Both the position numbers and the translations under genes were made by a program. Below the pieces are notes generated by a model, which was not told where the DNA came from, ran no database searches, and saw nothing but the letters and a program-made list of their open reading frames with translations. From a virus: DNA of 64,000 nt. The DNA lies in IMG/VR virus record IMGVR_UViG_3300045988_179062. One strand, written 5' to 3'. Shown here piece by piece: positions 49,056 through 58,310 of this stretch. Position 1 is the stretch's first letter. Each line of letters begins with the position of its first letter.

Positions 49056-49115
49056 ATCTCATCTACTCCTTTCATAAAGGGCAGCGGACGGAAAGCCCGC
49101 CACCCTGCATATCAG

Positions 49116-52100
49116 TTAGTCTTCGCCAAGGCCGCCATGACCGTTGTCCGACGGACTCGCCACGTTGTTGTTCGGCAAGCGACGAGGACCGACCGACACC
49201 GTACGCTTCGGACCGACCTTACGGTCATGACCGGACTCCACGGTATCCGTCTTCGTGAACGCGCGCATCGTCTTCGACGCATCCGCGCCCTCGACGCCAG
49301 CCTCGCGCTCTTCGAGCACATGCTCATTGTACTTCACCGAACGCGGTGCGAACTGGCTGTTGCACTCGCCACGGAAGAGGTTCTCTCCGTCACGGCACAT
49401 GCCGACCAGCATCTCGAAATTGCCGCCATACGCCAGCTTATCGAGCGGAGCCGCCATATCGACGTCTTCGGACTCGATATTGACGATATGCCCCGTCTTA
49501 TCGGACAAGGCGTCTGCGACCTGCTCGACGTAATCGGCGTTAAACGCCACGTTCAAGCCATCGCCTGCGGAATACAGGGTCTTGAAGCTCTTGACCCACG
49601 CGTCACGCTCGGCGGGGATAATCTCGCCGTTCTCATCCTTGGCGGCACGCCACTGACCGTTATCGTCCTTGGCGACATCGGCACCGCGCCACAGGTCGCG
49701 TGCGGGACCCATCAGAAGCTCATACTTGCGACGGGCCTCCTCGGCATTGTGCTTCGCCTGCAGAAGCGACTGAGTAACCGGCATGGTCAGCTCCAGCACT
49801 GCCTTCTGGCAGGTGTTGCGCATCGCGGACACGCCACGCTGCGAGTAGGAGCCGGCGATGCCCGTACCGAAGGACTTGACGGCACACGCCGTCATGACCT
49901 CCTGATTGTCCGCACGAGTCGCACCGGTATGTTCGCCCATCGTAGCGCCGGTGAAATCCATGTTCTGCGCGTTCGGCGCATCCATGCCACCCCAGCGCAT
50001 GTAATTCAACAGGTTCGCCGGCTTACCCTTTGCCCCCGTCTTGATACATGCCTCGTTGATGGACTCCAGATGCGACTCAGGGCTGTCGTAGCGGATAGCC
50101 GCACGACCGCACTGACCGGAGAAGACCTCATGGTACAGACCGGACAGAGCCTCGACCGTCTCCTTACGGGCCTCGGTAATCTCCGCCTTCGTCATGTTGC
50201 CGGCCAGATAGTCCGCCTCATTGGAGTTCACCGTCTTAGCGATGCTGTCGAAACGCTCCTTGAAGTGCGAATCCGGGCTGTTGGCAAACGCCACCTTGAC
50301 ATCCAGCGACTGCTGCATGAACAGCTCGAACGGCTTCTCAAGGTCGTCGCTCTTGACACCGTAGTCCAAAAGGTTCGCCTGCACGGAGAAGTTCTCCATC
50401 GCCTCGCGACGCGCCGCCGGAGTCATCAGATTAACCACGGCCACGGTATCGCCGTCGAAGTCACCATCGAAGGACTTATCCATGACAGGGTTGATGGCGA
50501 CACCCGTCAGGCTGTCATCAATCTTGGCGCGCATATAACGCATGCCACCGTCACGCAGGATAGGGTCACGCCAAATCAAAACGTAATCGTCATCCTTGAC
50601 GCCGATGGAATCCGCCATCGCGCGACCGACCGCCACTTGGTCGATATCCAGACGCGGGTCGGCGTTCCAGATGGCCGTCGCAGAGTTCGGCATCTTGTGC
50701 GCCATGACCTCGTCACGGAACACATTGTGCTTGCCCGTAAAGGCACGCTGCACCACATCGCCCGTGATACGGTCGAAGCTCGCCTGAGCCGTCGTCTGGC
50801 AGCGCTCCATCTGCGCACGCAGCGCCTCCTGCGTCTTGTCGTCCAGACCCGGCTTGCGGAGCTGTTCCTGACAAGCGCGGTACATGTTGGCCTGATTGAA
50901 GACCTCGATGTACTGATGCGTGTAATCGTGCACGCTGGACGTACCGTCAACGAACGTCTGACCGGAACGCAAGTACGAACTCATGACCGGCAGACCCCAC
51001 GTGACGTTATCGGTCTGGCGCTGACCGGCTTCCTGACGACGATGCACCGTGGTCGGACGGACATACACGCCATCCTTGCGGGTATAGCCCTTACGCTCCC
51101 ACTCCTGCTTCGTGTACACCACGTCGGTCTTGCCGTCGTTCATCGGGGCGATGGCCTCGCCCGTCGGATACTTCAGCTCGAACGGAAGCTCCATGACGCC
51201 ACCGGACTTGGCAATCAGCTCAGCGAAGTCACTGTCCATCGACTTGACGTCAAGCGACGGACGACCGTCCTTCGTCACACCCGGTGTACGATACTTCAGC
51301 TCCGGCATCTCGATGACGCGACGGACCTCGCCCTCGTGAGGCTGATAGCCCACACGGAACTGACCCGTCTCGCTGATGTCCAGACCGCACGTGATAAGCT
51401 GCTCACGGATGTTCGACAGCACCGAGCTGTTATTACCGAAGCACTCACGCATGATAGCCGGCGAACCCTTGGCGTTCGCAGCCCATGCCGCCTGTGCGGA
51501 GAACTTACGTCCGCCCTCCTCATCATAGACATGGGTCTTCGCATCTGCCGACTTGTCGGTCACGATGATGCGCATGGAACCCATGGCGCCCTTGATGACC
51601 GTGCCATCCGGCGCCTTCAAATCCTGCGGATTCTCCATCAACTCGCGCGCCGTACCGCCGTTAAAGCGGGACACGGCCGGGAACGGAGCCATGACCATAT
51701 CCAAATCAGGGTTGGCACGCAGCCACTTCACCTGCTCCAGAATGCCCTTGTCCTTGGCTTCCTCGTCCGACATGTTCGGGTCCATCACATAGACGACGCC
51801 CTTGTTGCCGTACGGGTCGGTGACCTTGTCACCGTTCACCATCGGACGAAGATGACCGTCACGGGTACGAATCTTGTACTCCTCGGCCAGACGCTTCGTG
51901 ATGACCACTTGGTCATCCATCGTCCAACCGCCAAAGGTCATCTGCGCCACATTGACCGGACGGGTCACGGCGCTTGCCTGCATCAGGTTCGACACCGTCA
52001 TGTTCTGACGGTCAAACGGGTTGAACTCCATATAACGGGCCAGCGGATGGTTCATAATGGCGCAACGGGCGTTCTTGTCCGACGACGGAGTGATACGTCC

Positions 52101-54758
52101 GTCCGCCTCCACATGAGCGCCGGAAACCAGATAACGCAGCGTACCCTGATTCGTGCTGGTCGCCGTCGTTGCCACCGGGTCGAAATACCCGTCGGACTCC
52201 TCGGTCAGCACAGCCATGTTGCGACCGCCCGTCAACACGAAAGCATCGCCCGTGTTGTCGTTCGCCATGTCGCGACCATAGGAACGAGCCGTGTAATCGG
52301 CATGGATGGTCGACCCGTCACGGATGGCGTTCGGATAACGAACGCGCTGCCCCTCGGTCTCGATGATGGCCCACAGCACATCATCCTCCATGCCCTGCTC
52401 GCGGAACTGCTCAACGAAATCGTAATCGTGACGCTCGTCATAGAGATGACGATACGTGTCGTTCACGCTGGTCGGAGCGCCATAGACACCGTCGCGGTTC
52501 ATCGACAGGAAATCCTGACGAATCTGGTAACGAATGCTCTCGCGCATCGCCTGCTCGTAACCGCGCAGGCGCGTACGCTCCTCGACCGTCGACGGATGAC
52601 CCGGCGTCTGCGCCAGCACATGCGCCTCGTAGCCCGGAACGAATGCATAGTTCTCGATGCCCGTGAAATTGGTGTACACCACGCCATGCTCATCCGGCTC
52701 GAAGAACTGACCAATCTCGCCCTCGACCTGCTGCAGAGGGTTCTTGCCGGTCGTATACGCCGACGTCGCAATCTGACCCTTGTAATGCACGATGCCGTTG
52801 CCGTCGATACGGATGTCCTCATCCTTGAAATCGACGCCGTTGGCTTCCAGCGAATCGTGAATCTCCTGATACATGCTGCGCATGAACGGAGACTTCACGT
52901 CCTTCATCGCACGGGCAGACGCATAATCGAACTTGACCAGCTTACTCTTCATCGCCTGCGTATAGAAATCGTCGCCCTTCAGCTCGTCGGGCTTGATATC
53001 CAGCATACGCATCGCCTTGACGAGGTCATCGTTGTTACGGTAAATGCCGTAAGCCGACGTCTGGAACGCCGACACGCCAACCGGGTTGAAACGCTGACCA
53101 TTCTCGTCCGGCGTGTAATCGCCGATACGGTATTCCACCGACGACGAAGCATGGGCGCGAACCATATCCTCAGGCGACATATCCGACGGATAGACCAAAT
53201 CGGACAGCTCGTTACGATACAACGTGCTGGCCACCGCATCATCGGTCTCCAGCTCGCCGACCTCGGAGATACGCTCCTCGAACTCCTCGGCCTGACGACC
53301 CGGACGCATCAGGGTCGACTTGTTGCCAAGCAGGACATCGTAATAGCCCTGCTGAATCACGGCGATGTCGGGATTGCCCGACAGCTCCGACGCGAAATCC
53401 TCGTCATGACCATGCTCGGCAACATGCTGGATGATACGCTCCGCGTCCAGCTCGGTAGCGTAATTCTCACGCGCCGTACGAACCGCCTCGCGCAGATACT
53501 CATCCGCATCCGCCTGACTGACCATGGTGGTCGTCGCAGCGGAACGCCCGCTCACATCCACGTTGATGTAGAGCTGGTTGTTATAACGGTCGCCTTCCTT
53601 GCCCGTATGGGCGTTACGGTGGGGCTTGCCGATAGTGACATGGGAACCACGGGAGTTATGGTACGTGCCGTAGACCGTCTTGCGCTGGTTGCGCTCGATA
53701 CGGGTATACGTGCCGAACTTGCCGACCGGTTCGTCGGTACCCGGCTTCGTCATCGGCTCGCCGAGACCGTACTTCACCATCATCAGCGTCTCATCCACCG
53801 TAGGCTCCGGCGCATCACTGATGCTGGTGGACATGGTCGTCTTCAACAGCATGAACATGCCGTTGTCATACACACGACCAATCATGCGGGCATTGTCCGG
53901 CGTATCCATCACACGGATGCTCACGCGCGTGCCGTCCACCGTCGCCTGCAGCTGTCCCGGACGCATGTCGGGACGAATGCTGTAATCGCGTCCCTCTCGG
54001 TCCAGCTCCTCCATGATGGCAACGGCCTTATCCATGGAGCGGCGGTGAGTCTGCATCTGCTCCGGCGTCATCTTCGACAAGTCAAAGCCGCGCTCAACCC
54101 ACGACGAGCACTTCGCATAGTCCTCAGCGGACATAAAGCGCTTCAGACGGGTCATCCCCAACAGGTCCGCCTTGCACGTCAGCGAGCGACCACGGTCGCT
54201 GCCACGCCACACGGCGTCCTTGCCGCGCATGGACAGATTGCCCGCATACGGTGCCGCAAACCCGCCACGCGTCGTCGCGAGCGCCTCGGCGGAAGGCACC
54301 TTGCTATCCATAGCGACACCGCCAAGACGAGTGCCGTTGTCCATAACGGCATCGTTCATGGCAAACCGAGGGTCATACGGCGAAATCGGCATATAATGCC
54401 CCTCGCTCGTCACCTCGGACTCCTTACCAGTCTCCAGACCGACCAGCGACTTATAGTCGGCGAACTGGTGATTGAACAAACGACGACCTGCATCTCCGTC
54501 CGCATACGGGGCATGCCCCATGCGCTCGGAAAGAACCGCATTCGTCGCTGCGATGAAGTCTGGAATCCTCAGAGTCTCCATCGACTTTCCTTCGGACGCC
54601 AATCGCTGACCCAAACGAGTGCGGAACATACGACCCTCGGACGCCATGATGTAATCAGGGCGACTCTCAGTGACCTGCGACTCGTTATAGTCGCGAATCA
54701 CGTCGTAGAACGCATACTCGTAAAGGTAACGAGTCTTGTCCTTAGCAGTCAGTTTCAT
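49116..54758 (-). CDS. giant single-chain multisubunit-type RNA polymerase-like protein (fused beta-like and beta-prime-like double-psi beta-barrels)
   Basis: The beta-DPBB signature 'MVNGDKVTDPYGNKGVV...PDLDMVMAPFPAVSRFNGG' is encoded at 51795-51842. Compare RpoB 'GDKMAGRHGNKGV...DIVLNPLGVPSRMNIGQ'. The beta-prime-DPBB signature 'WRDPILRDGGMRYM...INPVMDKSFDGDFDGDTVAVVNLMTPAARREA' includes DFDGD at ~50447-50475. Compare RpoC 'NRAPTLHRLGIQAF...[23 protein letters not shown]'. The start is taken at ATG 54758 (AAGGA 4 nt upstream). The track ORF extends to a GTG at 54923 with an Arg/Ser-rich, non-protein-like leader. Confidence 0.75.
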   Translation of the reverse strand: MKLTAKDKTRYLYEYAFYDVIRDYNESQVTESRPDYIMASEGRMFRTRLGQRLASEGKSMETLRIPDFIAATNAVLSERMGHAPYADGDAGRRLFNHQFADYKSLVGLETGKESEVTSEGHYMPISPYDPRFAMNDAVMDNGTRLGGVAMDSKVPSAEALATTRGGFAAPYAGNLSMRGKDAVWRGSDRGRSLTCKADLLGMTRLKRFMSAEDYAKCSSWVERGFDLSKMTPEQMQTHRRSMDKAVAIMEELDREGRDYSIRPDMRPGQLQATVDGTRVSIRVMDTPDNARMIGRVYDNGMFMLLKTTMSTSISDAPEPTVDETLMMVKYGLGEPMTKPGTDEPVGKFGTYTRIERNQRKTVYGTYHNSRGSHVTIGKPHRNAHTGKEGDRYNNQLYINVDVSGRSAATTTMVSQADADEYLREAVRTARENYATELDAERIIQHVAEHGHDEDFASELSGNPDIAVIQQGYYDVLLGNKSTLMRPGRQAEEFEERISEVGELETDDAVASTLYRNELSDLVYPSDMSPEDMVRAHASSSVEYRIGDYTPDENGQRFNPVGVSAFQTSAYGIYRNNDDLVKAMRMLDIKPDELKGDDFYTQAMKSKLVKFDYASARAMKDVKSPFMRSMYQEIHDSLEANGVDFKDEDIRIDGNGIVHYKGQIATSAYTTGKNPLQQVEGEIGQFFEPDEHGVVYTNFTGIENYAFVPGYEAHVLAQTPGHPSTVEERTRLRGYEQAMRESIRYQIRQDFLSMNRDGVYGAPTSVNDTYRHLYDERHDYDFVEQFREQGMEDDVLWAIIETEGQRVRYPNAIRDGSTIHADYTARSYGRDMANDNTGDAFVLTGGRNMAVLTEESDGYFDPVATTATSTNQGTLRYLVSGAHVEADGRITPSSDKNARCAIMNHPLARYMEFNPFDRQNMTVSNLMQASAVTRPVNVAQMTFGGWTMDDQVVITKRLAEEYKIRTRDGHLRPMVNGDKVTDPYGNKGVVYVMDPNMSDEEAKDKGILEQVKWLRANPDLDMVMAPFPAVSRFNGGTARELMENPQDLKAPDGTVIKGAMGSMRIIVTDKSADAKTHVYDEEGGRKFSAQAAWAANAKGSPAIMRECFGNNSSVLSNIREQLITCGLDISETGQFRVGYQPHEGEVRRVIEMPELKYRTPGVTKDGRPSLDVKSMDSDFAELIAKSGGVMELPFELKYPTGEAIAPMNDGKTDVVYTKQEWERKGYTRKDGVYVRPTTVHRRQEAGQRQTDNVTWGLPVMSSYLRSGQTFVDGTSSVHDYTHQYIEVFNQANMYRACQEQLRKPGLDDKTQEALRAQMERCQTTAQASFDRITGDVVQRAFTGKHNVFRDEVMAHKMPNSATAIWNADPRLDIDQVAVGRAMADSIGVKDDDYVLIWRDPILRDGGMRYMRAKIDDSLTGVAINPVMDKSFDGDFDGDTVAVVNLMTPAARREAMENFSVQANLLDYGVKSDDLEKPFELFMQQSLDVKVAFANSPDSHFKERFDSIAKTVNSNEADYLAGNMTKAEITEARKETVEALSGLYHEVFSGQCGRAAIRYDSPESHLESINEACIKTGAKGKPANLLNYMRWGGMDAPNAQNMDFTGATMGEHTGATRADNQEVMTACAVKSFGTGIAGSYSQRGVSAMRNTCQKAVLELTMPVTQSLLQAKHNAEEARRKYELLMGPARDLWRGADVAKDDNGQWRAAKDENGEIIPAERDAWVKSFKTLYSAGDGLNVAFNADYVEQVADALSDKTGHIVNIESEDVDMAAPLDKLAYGGNFEMLVGMCRDGENLFRGECNSQFAPRSVKYNEHVLEEREAGVEGADASKTMRAFTKTDTVESGHDRKVGPKRTVSVGPRRLPNNNVASPSDNGHGGLGED

Positions 54759-55069
54759 CGTATCCTTCACATCCTTTCCGATGTCGTGAACGTAAACACA
54801 AAAGAAGCCGGAACCCAACGACATCTCGTCGGAATCCCGGCTTCTGCAACGCATTGGCACAGACCTTCGCGACGACTCGCTCTTATTGCCCGACGGCAAC
54901 CTTCCGTGGTCACATTCATGCACCTATAATCTTAGAAAAGTATACCATATACGAACAGAAATTTCAAGACTTCAGAGCAACATAACCGCAGGTAAAATAA
55001 GAAGAACACCTTCCCTGCTGCGTACAGAATAAATACGACAAGGCGCGACGCCTTGCGATGGGAATCCTG

Positions 55070-55217
55070 AGAATCGTAGCTCAGTGGTAGAGCTTCGGGC
55101 GTTCCGTCCATGAGAGGGTTCGAGTCCCTTTGTTCTTGCGGGAAGAGTGGGTAGCGGGCGACAGGCCGAAAGGCGACGCACCGGGTACAGCGCGGGTTCG
55201 AATCCCGTCGGTTCTCT
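55070..55217 (+). tRNA. tRNA-like locus: one D-arm and two T-arm/3'-acceptor segments (tRNA with an inserted or duplicated 3' portion, or a tRNA plus pseudo-tRNA)
   Basis: A canonical D-arm, GCTCAGTGGTAGAGC, lies at 55079-55093 and is preceded by TA and the acceptor 5' arm AGAATCG at 55070-55076. T-arms lie at 55114-55130 (GAGGG-TTCGAGT-CCCTT) and 55192-55208 (GCGGG-TTCGAAT-CCCGT). The 3' strand CGGTTCT at 55209-55215 pairs with AGAATCG (one G.U). No clean anticodon arm could be folded by eye. Confidence 0.4.
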
Positions 55218-55245
55218 TATTTTTTAACAAGAAAGGAGCACACCC

Positions 55246-55455
55246 ATGGAGGAAACCAAGACCAAAACGCTGAATCTGTCCATCGAATGCCGGGCTTACT
55301 ACAACACACACATCGAGGTGCCGGCTAACCTCACCTTTGACGAGGCCATCGAGTACGCCAAGCAGCGCCTCGACGAGGTGCCCATCGAAGGTCATCTCGA
55401 ATACGTATCAGGCTCTGACGTTCTCGACATCAACAACTGCAACTTCAACGAATAA
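55246..55455 (+). CDS. hypothetical small protein
   Basis: RBS GAAAGGAG is upstream. Confidence 0.4.
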   Translation: MEETKTKTLNLSIECRAYYNTHIEVPANLTFDEAIEYAKQRLDEVPIEGHLEYVSGSDVLDINNCNFNE

Positions 55456-55469
55456 AGGAGGACAACACA

Positions 55470-55697
55470 ATGGCAAATCTCAAACGAACCGCAGTCGGAG
55501 GGGAATCACAAGGACCCCGACCATGGCAGTACACCCACACGGAGACGTGGGTTGCCGACGACGCCATCACCGATAACGACTTGGAGCAACTGAAGGAAGA
55601 GCATTACAACATGTTCCCCGTCGTCGGCGTCGGATTCGAAATCGGACCCGATTCCAAGACCGTCATCGCCACAGTTGTCCTCGACAACTGCCAGTAA
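55470..55697 (+). CDS. hypothetical small protein
   Basis: RBS AAAGGAGG is upstream. Confidence 0.4.
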   Translation: MANLKRTAVGGESQGPRPWQYTHTETWVADDAITDNDLEQLKEEHYNMFPVVGVGFEIGPDSKTVIATVVLDNCQ

Positions 55698-55700
55698 CGC

Positions 55701-55735
55701 AAATACGCCACCCATACGGGTGGCGTATTTTTTAT
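55701..55735. terminator. bidirectional Rho-independent terminator
   Basis: The stem is ATACGCCACCC / GGGTGGCGTAT with loop ATAC, followed by TTTTTTAT. Confidence 0.7.
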
Positions 55736-55739
55736 CGTA

Positions 55740-56093
55740 TCAAGACTCCTCTGTCGCGTCGAAATACGCATCCAGCATCGTCTGCGCCGCTTGGAGCTGT
55801 GGCCAAATCGTCGCCATCTCCTCGGGCGAGATGTCGCGGAACGGTCGCCCGCCGACAAAATGAAGCTCGTACCCCTCGTCGTCGCGTATCCACCACGCCA
55901 CGACGTAACAGTAGTGATGACCCTCGTCCCACTTCACCAGCTCCACGGGGATGGCACGACGAATCGCAGAGTCATTGTCGTACCGGAACCTGTCATTGGT
56001 GTACTTCTCTCTCACCGTGGTGATTTCAAAACAGCCGAACCGCCAGTGAAAATCAAAGACCCCGTCTTGAGAAAACATCTGCTCCTGCTCCAT
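55740..56093 (-). CDS. hypothetical protein
   Basis: The start at 'MEQEQ...' overlaps the upstream stop (TAATG coupling). Confidence 0.4.
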   Translation of the reverse strand: MEQEQMFSQDGVFDFHWRFGCFEITTVREKYTNDRFRYDNDSAIRRAIPVELVKWDEGHHYCYVVAWWIRDDEGYELHFVGGRPFRDISPEEMATIWPQLQAAQTMLDAYFDATEES

Positions 56094-56464
56094 TATGAAA
56101 CCACCACCTTCTCCTTCGCACGGCGAAGCATCGCCGGCAGATAATACAGATAGTTCGACAGCACCGTGACATGGAGCTGTACCTCCACCGGCACATTCCA
56201 ATAGGCATCCGACAAGCACAGGCTGCGACGCAGACTCATGCCCGCCTGCTTCGCCGTGTCCACGGCATCGCTGTCAGACCATGAGCGATTGCCGCAATCA
56301 TCGACACGGGCGAAACTTTTCTCCGTCAGTATCGCCTCGCGCTCGATGTATCGCTTCACAATGCCCACCGATACGGCAATCACCGACGGATGGGGATTGC
56401 CGATATGCTCCAGAACACTGTCGACGAAACAGATGTCACGCCAGTCCTCAATTACCTTACCCAT
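56093..56464 (-). CDS. hypothetical protein
   Basis: RBS GAAAGGGG is present. It lies 5 nt after the primase gene. Confidence 0.4.
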   Translation of the reverse strand: MGKVIEDWRDICFVDSVLEHIGNPHPSVIAVSVGIVKRYIEREAILTEKSFARVDDCGNRSWSDSDAVDTAKQAGMSLRRSLCLSDAYWNVPVEVQLHVTVLSNYLYYLPAMLRRAKEKVVVS

Positions 56465-56469
56465 ATAAA

Positions 56470-58308
56470 TTACGCCCCTTTCTTCTCAACGGTGCCGGCA
56501 TCTTCAACCATATCCCCGACAACCGTGCGACGCACATGCACCGCATTATCCGTGCGCAACAGTCCTCGCGCACGGCTCGGCACATCCGGGGAACACAGCT
56601 GGTCGAGATTCGACCCGCGAAAACCCGATTTCATCAAACTCTTGACGTCATACTCCAGAATCAGCGGCTCGGGATAGTCCATACGTCCCGACGTGCTGAC
56701 CTGATTATCCGAACACGTCCAGTCGGGATACTCTTCGAGCACCTGACGGAAGTCCTTCAGGAAACCCTTCTTGCTCTGAATCTTTCCCGACGGCATATAC
56801 GTGCGATACCAGCCCTCGTAGAACCGATACAGCCAGTCCCATGGAATCAAGTCCCACGAGAAGCGAGGCAACGTATCCTCGGTGAACTGGCGCACCGGGT
56901 CGTTGAACGACTTATAGTCTTCCAACAGGTCAACGCACGCTGTCGGCTCGTCAAGCTCGTAATAATCAGTCTCGGCAAGCACGTGATACAACACGTATTC
57001 AAGCACGTCCTGACGATACAGATAATCGTCCTTGATGTACTTGCGCTCGCGACCCTGAAATCGCTTGTCGAACGGAATCACCAGCAGGCGACGGTACATC
57101 GACTCCGACTTGTCCTTGAGCTTGGGCATCTCGTTGACACACTGCACCATGAACCCGCGAAACAGAAGCGACCTCGGGTCCTTGAACTTGCGGTTTATCT
57201 GGAACGGGTCATGGGTGATGACGCACTTGAGCGCGGCCGCATCGTCCACGAACGTACCGGTGTCGTTCTCATCGGTGATGATGGCCGACACACGGGTCAG
57301 AGGCTCCAGCATGAACTGCTCGGAGAAGTTCTTCAACGGGATGGACTCCCACGCGCCCGGACCGCACAGATTGCGCATCAACACGCACAGCGTTCCCTTG
57401 CCGTTGTTACCCAGCGTCGAATAGAACCATGCGCTCTTGTTCCAGCTCACGTTCGGACGGATGACCGCCCCGATAATCTCCCACAACAGCCTGACGATTT
57501 CCGGGTCGTCGGAAAGCTCGTTCATCCACGAGACGACGTCCCAGTCCGTGTTGTCATCGCTGTTATGTATCACGGGATTTTTCGCGCCGTCGACGAAGTT
57601 GACGTGGCTCTTGCTGGTAAAGACAAAATCCGGGTCGAACGCCATCAGAATCTTGTTGCCGTAATCGTAGATGCCGTTGTTCACGGCGACCAAATCGCGG
57701 TCGCGACAACGCTCCACACGGGGGCAAATCGCACGAAGCACGGCAACCGTCTCGGCGACGTCCTTGATGCTCATGGCTTTGTTGTAGCGCCGAATCAGAC
57801 GCTCGATACCGTCGAAGCTGGTATCGTAGCAACCCATGTTGTCGCCCTCGGTCTGATAGATGCCGATGTCATAGTTGCCCTCGTCGCGAACGCTGGCCCA
57901 GCAGACGCACACGGCATGGTGCAACTTGTACAGAAGCACCGCAATCTGCATCGGATGCAGACCGCTGATGCGCTTATAGCGCTCCACGCCCTGCTTCTGG
58001 TCAGGATAGGCATCCCTCTGCTTCGCGCCGGCAGGTGCGTTCGGGTCGCACTTGCCCAAGTTGTACGCGTCAATGCAACGGTTCGTCAAGGTGAGAAGCT
58101 CGTATTTGAGTGTATCGCGAGCAGGAGGGTTCTCCGTGTCGATGCCCTGCAGATAGAACAGCGTCGCATACTCCAAAAGGTCATCATAAGCAATGACCTG
58201 CTCAGAACAGTATGATACAATGTCAGCAGCGCAATCGTCAGGTAAGCGCATATCTTCCTCCGTCGCTCCGATGTCAACTGCATCGGGGCGATTTTCTTGT
58301 AAACTCAC
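56470..58308 (-). CDS. phage/plasmid primase-helicase, P4/D5 family (C-terminal SF3 NTPase domain)
   Basis: The D5_N/Primase_C-type region has Walker A 'STLGNNGKGTL' and Walker B 'AIITDENDTG'. 'FKDPRSLLFRGFMVQCVNEMP' is present. The N-terminal half is a primase-type domain. Confidence 0.7.
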   Translation of the reverse strand: MSLQENRPDAVDIGATEEDMRLPDDCAADIVSYCSEQVIAYDDLLEYATLFYLQGIDTENPPARDTLKYELLTLTNRCIDAYNLGKCDPNAPAGAKQRDAYPDQKQGVERYKRISGLHPMQIAVLLYKLHHAVCVCWASVRDEGNYDIGIYQTEGDNMGCYDTSFDGIERLIRRYNKAMSIKDVAETVAVLRAICPRVERCRDRDLVAVNNGIYDYGNKILMAFDPDFVFTSKSHVNFVDGAKNPVIHNSDDNTDWDVVSWMNELSDDPEIVRLLWEIIGAVIRPNVSWNKSAWFYSTLGNNGKGTLCVLMRNLCGPGAWESIPLKNFSEQFMLEPLTRVSAIITDENDTGTFVDDAAALKCVITHDPFQINRKFKDPRSLLFRGFMVQCVNEMPKLKDKSESMYRRLLVIPFDKRFQGRERKYIKDDYLYRQDVLEYVLYHVLAETDYYELDEPTACVDLLEDYKSFNDPVRQFTEDTLPRFSWDLIPWDWLYRFYEGWYRTYMPSGKIQSKKGFLKDFRQVLEEYPDWTCSDNQVSTSGRMDYPEPLILEYDVKSLMKSGFRGSNLDQLCSPDVPSRARGLLRTDNAVHVRRTVVGDMVEDAGTVEKKGA

Positions 58309-58310
58309 GC

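Noticed and set aside
47829-54929. Plus-strand 2366-aa ORF antisense to the RNAP-like gene. The long plus-strand ORFs 45751..47856, 56281..58215, 59817..63578, 35255..36301, 38265..39515, 39549..40532, 40892..42139 (-) and 30174..31133 are similar cases.
   Set aside because: They are Arg/His/Leu-rich, low-complexity and lack an RBS. The opposite strand encodes products with clear motifs (DPBB signatures, Walker A/B, HNH and others) and canonical RBSs. These are GC-rich shadow ORFs.
55070-55140. A standard 71-nt tRNA formed by the D-arm and the first T-arm.
   Set aside because: The 3' strand TGTTCTT cannot pair with the 5' acceptor AGAATCG. No 5-bp anticodon stem can be formed between 55094 and 55113. 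It is reported instead as an aberrant tRNA-like locus.
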